From assembly GCF_009914755.1 (NCBI RefSeq), contig NC_060925.1: DNA of 64,000 nucleotides; one strand, 5' to 3'. Every line of letters starts with the position of its first letter. Positions within the stretch are counted from its first letter, which is position 1. Positions 55,520 to 64,000 of this stretch are shown here, piece by piece. This DNA comes from the human T2T-CHM13v2.0 reference genome, Homo sapiens. A program made the position numbers and the translations under genes. The notes below the pieces were generated by a model. It was not told the origin of the DNA. It saw only the letters and a list, made by a program, of their open reading frames with translations, and made no database searches.

Positions 55520-55690
55520 TTGTGAAGGAGAATTCTATTGAAAACCCTTGGTCTAACCCAGAACATTCATTTTACAGATACAGAAACTTAAGACCCTGGG
55601 AGAGATCTCACAGCATAAGTTAGTGACCAAGATGAAATTTTAATTCAGGTATTTTAAGTTATACTCCAGTATACTTTCTACTATACCACA
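55520..55690 (-). mobile_element. MIR
   Basis: TCATTTTACAGATACAGAAACTTAAGACCC. Confidence 0.65.
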
Positions 55691-56517
55691 ATGTGAGTAT
55701 TTTCATAACATCTCAATGGAAGATAGAGTGCCACTTGGTTATATCAGGCATTCATATTTTTCTCGCTGCATTAAAGCATGCTTTCTTTCTATCAGATTAA
55801 AACTGACAGAGATGAAACAGTTTTGGGCTGATTTCCTTGGGTTGGCTCCAGGGTCTCTAATCTGCATTTCATCATGATACAAGCACATGTTTCCATCACT
55901 GGTACACTCATCTGCATCAGCCGGGATGTTAATCACATGCTAACCCAATTTCCTCTATGAATTTATTACTTACTCTTCATTTAAGTTCATGAAACCTAAC
56001 ATGAGCCCCAAATAAGCATAACATCCTTAACAAGAAGATCTCAGCTCAAGAACCATGCCCAGTAGGCAACATAACCTAAGGATGAAGGCTTAGGAGTGGT
56101 AGGGAGAAAAAAGTCAGTCTTGCAACAATACCTTGGGGACCCTCTGCAAAAGAAGATTATAATAAATTTTGATAGGTTACATGGTACAAGCTGAAATATA
56201 TGAGCAAGTCATGATTTGGCAACAAAATACAGTCCTTGTTTTAACTCTGTGCAGCTTGGTTGTACCAAATTGATCCATGATTTCCAAAATTAGAGGTACA
56301 GGCTTCAGAAAAGAGGGGAAGATGGTGGAGTGCATGGAAGGCAAAGGGAAGCTATAATGGGAAGGCATTTTGGAAGCAAAATCCAAATGCAAATTGGTTG
56401 TTAGAGAAACTATTCAGATCCATCTGGTGGCTGCATGTGATGAATACTACAAATCCCATCAATGGATATTCATTTTGGCAATGGCAAAGGAAAGTAAAAT
56501 AGAACAAGTCAGGCCAC

Positions 56518-56573
56518 CAGAGTATGGATGTTGGACTCAAACCAACTTGGATCAGAGTATGGATGTTGGACTC
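56518..56573. repeat. Perfect 21-bp direct repeat with 14-bp spacer
   Basis: CAGAGTATGGATGTTGGACTC at 56518-56538 and 56553-56573. Confidence 0.95.
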
Positions 56574-56749
56574 TTGCAAATGTGCAGCAAACACTCATCC
56601 CATGTTTTAGCCTAGTAATCATGAAAAGAGGAGTTTCTTAGTTAAGAAAATGTAAGAAGAAGAAGTGTCAGAGACATAAAAACTACATTACATAACTGAC
56701 AGGGGAAATGTTTCTTTGTTTGCTGAGCTTCCAGATTGTCTGTCTATAT

Positions 56750-57748
56750 TGATTTATTCATTCATTCCACCTACATCTGTTCCTAAGCACCTGTTATATG
56801 TCAGGCACAGTACCAGGCACTCAGGATACAAGATGATACAACTACATTCCAGCCCTCAGAGAACTCTCAGTCTGGTGGGGGAAGTAGATGATAAACAAAT
56901 ACAATAAAGTTATACAGATAAGAACTAAAATATATCAATAATGAGCTATGCATTTACTACTTGCCAGCTCCTGTTTTATGTAATTTACACATGTTACCTC
57001 ATTTAATTCTCATAAACAGCCTATCAGGTAAGTATAATTATTTTTACCCATTTTATGACGGGAAAACCAAGGAGTAGAGAGGCTGAGTATCTTAACCAAT
57101 GTCACATAGCTAGTAAATGGCAGAGGTGGGATGTGAACCCAGGAAATCTGGCTTTTGAACCCAAGCTCTGAACTACTATGATATGCTTTCTCTTGAACTA
57201 AAAGATAATGTGAAATATCAGTCTATCTATGGTAAGGTGGAAGAACCTCAGGGTGATAATAGTGCTGTTCATAAAACAGGGAAGCTTTTTCTGGGGAGAA
57301 GATCCCAGAGCTAGGTCTTGAAAAAGATATTCTGGAGATGTATAGCATGGGGGCAACCAGGCAGAGGAAGAAGCATGAACAAAGTTATTGGAACTTGAAA
57401 TGGAACACCATATTTGTTCTTGGAGATCCGGGAAGCCCCACGTGGCTGCACAATAGAGTTGAAGAGTTAAGTAACAGAGAATGACCGGGAAAATGAATTA
57501 GGGGCAAAGGGGACCAGATCATAAGGAACTTTGTGTGTACATCAAGAATTCCAAGTTTATTCTCAGTTTAAGGGAGGGCCCTTGTAGGGTGTAAGCAAGA
57601 CAGAGACAGATTAAATGTGCCTTTTTATAGAAGTACTGAGTCATGGTGTAAAGGTATGATTGGGAAAAGGTGTTGGGGGCTGGGGAGTGATAAACAAGAC
57701 TGAAAGAAAAGGGAACAGTTAAAGAACATTTGGAAATAATACAGGATG
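56750..57748 (-). mobile_element. L2 relic with an embedded MIR (about 56940-57190)
   Basis: TTTATTCATTCATTC...GCACCTGTTATATGTCAGGCACAG; MIR CCCATTTTATGACGGGAAAACCAAGG...GTCACATAGCTAGTAAATGGCAGAG. Confidence 0.7.
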
Positions 57749-58727
57749 AACATCACGTGGATACCAAAATCAGACAAGGACACACACCAAAAAGAAAACT
57801 ATAGGCCAATATCCCTGATTAACATAGATGCAGAAATCTTCACAAAATACTAGCAAACCAAATTAAACAATACATTAAAAAGATCATTTACCATGATCAA
57901 ATGGGATTCATTCCAGGGATGCAAAGATGGTTCAACATATGCTAATCAATGAACATGATAAATCACATTAATAGAATCAAGGACAAAAACCATATGATTA
58001 TTTCAATAGATGCTGAAAAAGCATTTGGTAGAATTCAGCATTGCATTATTACAAAAGTGCTCAACATGTTGGTTTTAGAAGAAATATACCTTAACACAAT
58101 AAAGTCCATATATGACAAATTCACAGCTAACATCATAATGAACAGGGAAAAGCTGAAAGCTTTTCCTCTAATATCTGGAAGAAGACAAGGATGCCCACTT
58201 TCACTGCTTTTATTCAGCATAGTACTTGAAGTTCTAGCCAGAGCAATTAGGCAGGAGAAAGAAATAAATGAAATAAATTTCCATACAAATTGGGAAAAAG
58301 GAAGCCAAATTGTTTCTGTTTGCAGATAACATCATGATATATACGTATAGAAAACTCTGAAGACTCCACCAAAAGACTGTTAGAAGTAATAAGTTTTGTA
58401 AAGTTGTAGGATATAAAATCAACATATAATATTGGTAGCATTTCAATATGCCAATAATGAACTATCTAGAAAAGAAATCAAGAAAAGCAATCCCATTTAT
58501 AATAGTTACCAAAAAATACCTAGAAATAAATTAGCCAAAGAGGTAAAAAAAGAATCCCTACAATTAAAACTATAAAATCATGAAAAAAAATTGAAGTAGA
58601 CACAAATAAATCGAAAGATAGGCCACGTTCATGAATTGGGAAAATTAATATTGTTAACAATGTCCATATTACCCAAATCAATCTACAGACTCAATGCAAT
58701 TCCTATCAAAGTACCAATGACATTCTT

Positions 58728-59020
58728 TTTTTCTTTTCTTTTCGAGACAGTCTTGCCTTGTTGCCCAGGCTAGAATGCAATGGCATGAACTCGGCTCACT
58801 GCAACCTCTGCTCCTGCATTCAAACGATTCTCCTGCCTCAGCCTCCTGAGAAGCTGGGATTACAGGCACCTGCCACCACACCCAGTTATTTTTTGTATTT
58901 TTAGTAGAGATGGGGTTTCACCATGTTGGTCAGGCTGGTCTCGAACTCCTGACCTTGTGATCCACCCGCCTTGGCCTTCAAAAGTGCTGGGATTACAGGT
59001 GTAAGCCACCGCGCCCAGCC
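58728..59020 (-). mobile_element. AluSg-like
   Basis: CTCCTGACCTTGTGATCC; TSD ATGACATTCTT on both flanks. Confidence 0.94.
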
Positions 59021-59771
59021 CATGACATTCTTCACAGAAATAGAAATAAAAAGAACCTTAAAATTCATGCGAAAATGCAAAAGACCCTGGATAGCCAAAG
59101 CAATCTTGAGGAAAAATAAAGCTGGGGCATCATATTACCTGACTTCAAAATATATTACAAAACTATAGTGCCAAAATAGCAAGCTATTGGCATAAAAACT
59201 GAGATATAGACCAGTGGAACAGTATACAGAACCCAGAAATAAATCCATGTATTTATAGCCAGCTGATTTTTAACAAAGGTGCGAAAATACATATTGGGGA
59301 AAGGCCAGTCTTGGAATAAGTGGGGCTGAGAAAACTAGACATCCACATGCAGAAGAAAGAAAACCTTATCTCTCACCATACACAAAAATCAACTCTAAGT
59401 GGATTAAAGACTTAAATGTAAAAATCCCAGACTATGAAACTACTAGAAGAAAACACAGGGGAAATATTTCATAAAATCAAACAGGGCAAGGATTGTTAAA
59501 ATACGACTTCAAAAGCAAAGGCAACAAAAGCAATAATAGACAAATTCGATTATATCAAACTAATGAGCTTCTGCACAGCAAAGAAAACAATCAGTAAAGT
59601 GAAGAGACCAACCTACAGAATGGGAGAAAGTATCTGCAAGCTATATGTCTGACAGGGGTTAATACGTAGAATTTATAAGGAACTTCAACTCAATAGCCAA
59701 AAAGCAACTAATCAGGTTTAAAATGGGCAAAAGACTTAAATAGACATTTTCCAAAAGAAGACATACAAATG

Positions 59772-60094
59772 GGCCAGACACTGTGGCTCATGCCTGTAAT
59801 CCCAGCACTTTGGGAGGTTGAGGTGGGTGGATCACGAGGTCAGGAGTTCAAGACCAGGCTGGTCAACATAGTGAAACCCCATCTCTACTAAAAATACAAA
59901 AATTAGCTGGGTGTGGTGGTGGGCGCCTGTAATCCCAGCTACTCTGGAAGGCTGAGGGAGGAGAATTACTTGAACCCGGGAGGCATATGTGGTGAGCCGA
60001 GACCGCACCATTGCACTCCAGCCTGGGCGACAGAGCGAGACTGTCTCAAAAATTTAAAAGAATAAATAAAAATAAAAATAAAAATAAAAGAAAG
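59772..60094 (+). mobile_element. AluSg-like
   Basis: GGATCACGAGGTCAGGAGTTC; perfect 18-bp TSD AAAGAAGACATACAAATG at 59754 and 60095. Confidence 0.95.
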
Positions 60095-62260
60095 AAAGAA
60101 GACATACAAATGCCCCACAGATACATGAAAAAAATGATCAAAAAAATCATCAGGGAAATGCACATTAAAACCATCATGAGATATCATCTCATCCCAGTTA
60201 GAATGGTTATTACCAAAAAGATGAAAAATAACAAATGCCATTGAGGATGTAGAGAAAGGGGAACTTTTAGGTACTGTTGGTGGGAATGTAAATAAGTAGA
60301 GCCATTATGGAAAATAGTATAGAGGTTCCTCAAAAAATTAAAAATAGAACTACTATATGATCCAGCAGTTCCACTAGTAGGCATATATCCAAAGGAAATG
60401 AAATCAGTATTTTGAAGAGATATCTGCACCTCCGTGTTTATTACAGTGTTACTCACAATAGCCAAGATATGAAATTAACCTAAATACCCATCTACAGATA
60501 AATGGATTAAGAAAATGTGACTATATATAAATATACATATTTATGTATACATATATGTGTATATATATACATACACACTATGAAATACTATTCAGCCATA
60601 AAAAATAACATTCTGTCATTTTTGGCAATGTAGATGAACCTGGAGGACATTATATTAGGTTATGAGTTGGGAAATAACTCATGCAAAGAAAGACAAAAAT
60701 CTTATAATCTCATTAATACGTAGAATCTTAAAAAGTTAATTTTATAGAAGTAGAGAGTAGAATAGTGGGGAGGGTGTAGTGGAGACCAGGAGAGATTGCT
60801 CAAGGGTACAAATTTACAGATAGATAGGAAGAACAAGTTCTGGTAGTGTTTTTCTTTCCTTTTATTCTTCCTTCTTGGACTTCAGGTTCTTGTGTTCTAT
60901 TACACAGTAGAGTGACTACAACTAATAACAATGTAGTGTATATTTCAAGTTAGCTAGAAGAGAAGATTTTGAATGTTATCACCACAAAGAAATGATAAAT
61001 ATTTAAGGTGATTGATACAGTAATTACCCTCATTTAATCCTTACACAATGTATACCTGTATTAAAATATCAACCTGTATTCCATAAATATGTACAGTTAT
61101 GTGACTACTATAAATTAAAAATTAATCAGAAAAAATAAAAGGAAATAGTCTAGGATGGTGGTGGTTGGGTTAAGGGGGATAAAGATGGATGATGTGATGC
61201 TGAACGGGGAGGAATACAGAAGCAAGAAGAATTAACTTTCAGGATAACTATTCACTTTCATTCCATTTTGTTTTCTATCCTTAAACTCTGTTGGTGTCCA
61301 GAAGAATTTTTTTTGATGACTGAAAAAAGCAATTCTGAAGAAACTGGCCATTGTCATGGGAATGTTTCTTTCTCTACAGATCTTCTTGAATGAAATGCAG
61401 GATCAGTTACATTTCACTTGATTATCTTGTATCTAAAAGATATGTTCCAATCAATAGTTACAATAAACAGAATCCAGGCTTACAATGCAATCAAGTCAGG
61501 TAAAGTCATGGATATTTCTTAGCAAAAAATCTTCAAAATGTTATCAATATCCCCAGTTGTAATTCTATGCAGTTTTGGTTTACTCAAATCTCCCAAATTT
61601 TTTATAATTGAAATATTCAATCAGATAACACCAGGGTGAAAATAATGAAGCCTTGAGATGATGTGTTTCATCAAGTAGAAAATAATTTTAAAAGCATTCT
61701 TAAGGATGCAAAAGTGACTGTGAAAAAAATACTGATTTCCTGCCAAAAAGGGGATTATTCCAGCTCACCAGTAAAAGGAAAAAAAAAAAGATGACACCTG
61801 TTGGCAGTTTAATGCTAATATGAATTCTGCTTTCAGGCTGGAAATTATGCATCAACAAAAATATAAATATAATTTTTTTCACAGCCGTGTAAGTGAAAAA
61901 ACATATGTTGAGAAATTAGGGACAACTATTATCCATTATTCAAAATTTCCATGGCCGCTGAGTGAATCCAGTGTTGGAATTAGAAATGTACAATGCTTTT
62001 TAATTAATTTAATTTACATTGTTGGCTGATGAAATGCCACAAATAACCACAACATTGAACACTCTTCCGTGTTCTCCTTTAAAAAATGCTCTGGTATTTA
62101 CAGGAGCCAGCATGGCTGCTAATTTTCTGGTTTCCCCTGGAGAAAATTGAAACAGGGTTTGTACGGTTAAAAGAGAAGCCATAAGCCAGAGGGAGGTGGG
62201 TCAAGGTCACCACGAAGACTTCCTCCAAGTTCAGATGTGGTCTCCTAACAAGTTCCTCAA

Positions 62261-62621
62261 TGATATTGTTTGGCTCTGTGTCCTCACCCAAATTTCATTT
62301 TGAATTGTCATCCCCATATGTTGAGGGAGGGACCTGGTGGGAGGTGATTAGATCACGGGGGCGGTTTCCTTCATGCTGTTCTCCTGATAGTGAGTGAGTT
62401 CTCACGAGATCAAATGGTTTAAAATTACAGCACTTCCTTCTTTGCTTACTCTCCTGCCATCTTGTAAAGAAGGTGCTTGCTTCCCCTTCACCTTCCACTA
62501 TGAAGGCCACTATGTGGCCTCCCCAGCCATGTGGAACTGTGAGTCAATTAAACTTCCTTTCTTTATAAATTACCCAGTGTCAGGTAGTATCTTTATAGCC
62601 GTGTGAGAGCGAACTAATACA
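62261..62621 (+). mobile_element. THE1D-like MaLR solo LTR
   Basis: TGATATTGTTTGGCTCTGTGTCC...GAACTAATACA; TSD CTCAA at 62256-62260 and 62622-62626. Confidence 0.92.
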
Positions 62622-63069
62622 CTCAACCAGTTAGTGAATGAGAAATACCATGAGATTTGAAGGAAACTAAGAAAGCAGAATTAGTTGAGTATTTCTTAAA
62701 GACTATTTTCCATATATCTGAAAGTATGCTAGGTGTTATATCAGAGCTGTTACTTATCATTCTATGTGACCCTGGCCAAATTACTTTTCTCTTTGACATT
62801 TAGTTGTTCCCATCTGTGAAATGTGGGGTTAGGCTTCAATGGTTTCTCTGAGTTTCCGTCTGGAACCTTGATGATTCTCTAAATTAGAGTCACACTCCTC
62901 AAGAATCTCAGAGTTACACAAAATTAATAAGACCAGCATACCTAAGCTGATTAACTAAATTAACAATAAAACTAAAAGCATTAGAGGAATGACTCTGTGT
63001 ACTGCACACTCCGATGCACTGCACACCATAGTCTCTATCACTTTATTATCAGTCACACTCTCCATCCAT

Positions 63070-63250
63070 AATCCCATTCCCTACTCAAAGCAATCCTATG
63101 GCATGGGTTTCATAGCACAGATGAAGAAACCAATGCTCAGAGTACTTGAGAGAGTTAAGATTACAGAGGTGGGATGCAGTGAAGGTTGGAATAGAGTTTA
63201 TGTCTTACTGCCTTCAGTACCTGACTCCTAACCACTGCCCCATATTGCCA
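63070..63250 (-). mobile_element. MIR
   Basis: ACAGATGAAGAAACCAATGCTCAGAG...TAACCACTG. Confidence 0.65.
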
Positions 63251-63299
63251 ATAACAATAACAGGGAAGTGTCCCCAAGGTCTGTTTTAATTCCGGCATG

Positions 63300-63525
63300 A
63301 AGATAGTGCAGTATAAGAGGAAGACCAAAAGACTGTAATCAGATGGCCCTGGGAATTTATCTTAGCACTGCCATGTGGCACCTGTGTATTGTTGGGATAT
63401 CCAGGCCTATTTCTTCATCTGTAAAATGGGGATATCAATATTCACCTAATAGTGTTGTAGTGAGGCATAAGATAATATCAAGTGCTTTGGCACAATGCCT
63501 GTCACATGGTACATAAATAGGAGGT
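63300..63525 (+). mobile_element. MIR
   Basis: TTTCTTCATCTGTAAAATGGGGATA...AAGTGCTTTGGCACAATGCCTGTCACATGGTA. Confidence 0.8.
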
Positions 63526-64000
63526 TTATTTATTTATTTATTTTTCTTGTCATCCTCCTTCTTTCCCGTAGTCTTATTTCTTTCAGGGTCTGACCAATTT
63601 CTTTCCAGTTTTCTCCTTGTCTTACTGGTGTCTGGTTTGTCTATAGAGGTTTTAAATATTTAAAGGTCACCATTCAGTCAAAGTAGGAAAATCACCCTCT
63701 CATATTTGAAACACACCTTGTATCACTTGCACTGGCCCTGGGCCAGGCTCAGAGGGTCCTGATTAGCATATGCCATCTCCCTTTAAGGGAGAGAAAGTGA
63801 GAGATAGGCATCTGCAAATTGCAGTCCTTCATTAGCCTGTCTGCTGATATTGATGTTATAATTTTCTAGTCAACTTTTTTCCTACCCAGCCCTCCCTTGG
63901 CTCTTGATTTCTGACCTGCAGCCACCCTCTCTTCCCAGTCAGCTTCCTCAAGCAACTCCATCTTGTCAAATGTGGCCAGTCATGTCTGGTGATGCCATAA

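Larger units (their letters stand above)
57749..61140 (+). mobile_element. L1MA (MA4/5-like) 5'-truncated element with two Alu insertions
   Basis: RT remnant (ORF 57949-58329, [21 protein letters not shown]; FADD reads FADN); L1MA 3'UTR; TSD GGAAATAATACAGGATG (57732) / GGAAATAGTCTAGGATG (61141). Confidence 0.9.

Noticed and set aside
56370-56615. 81-aa ORF in unique sequence
   Set aside because: Non-ATG start, no recognisable motif, and it spans a 35-bp duplication that would shift the frame of any older coding exon
62504-62522. Small CCACTATG duplication inside the THE1 LTR
   Set aside because: An 8-bp slip within a repeat, with no sign of significance

Overview
This is primate (hominoid-like, most plausibly human) non-coding genomic DNA, intergenic or deep intronic, and dominated by interspersed repeats. 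I find no convincing host protein-coding exon, RNA gene, CpG island or CRISPR array. Almost all ORFs in the track come from Alu, L1, LTR or simple-repeat sequence. Main contents: about 15 Alu elements (J, S and Y types); a near full-length but dead ~6.7 kb L1PA15/16-like LINE-1 (25197-31918); several truncated L1PA/L1MA/L1M fragments; many MaLR solo LTRs (MST, MLT1, THE1); ERV1 LTRs; MER2, MER58, MER5 and Charlie1 DNA-transposon fossils; and MIR/L2 relics. The most notable structure is a 2.8 kb internally deleted ERV9/LTR12 provirus (33920-36729) nested inside an L1MA. It keeps both LTRs, a 4-bp TSD, the PBS, the PPT and an ATG-started 80-codon env TM fragment carrying the immunosuppressive-domain motif. 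Smaller oddities are a locally templated ~175 bp duplication, a 38-bp quasi-palindrome, a perfect 21-bp direct repeat and two motif-dense unique stretches that may be enhancers. Repeat subfamily names come from remembered consensus sequences and need RepeatMasker/Dfam confirmation. Boundaries without a TSD are approximate. I see no evidence of a wholly new biological system.
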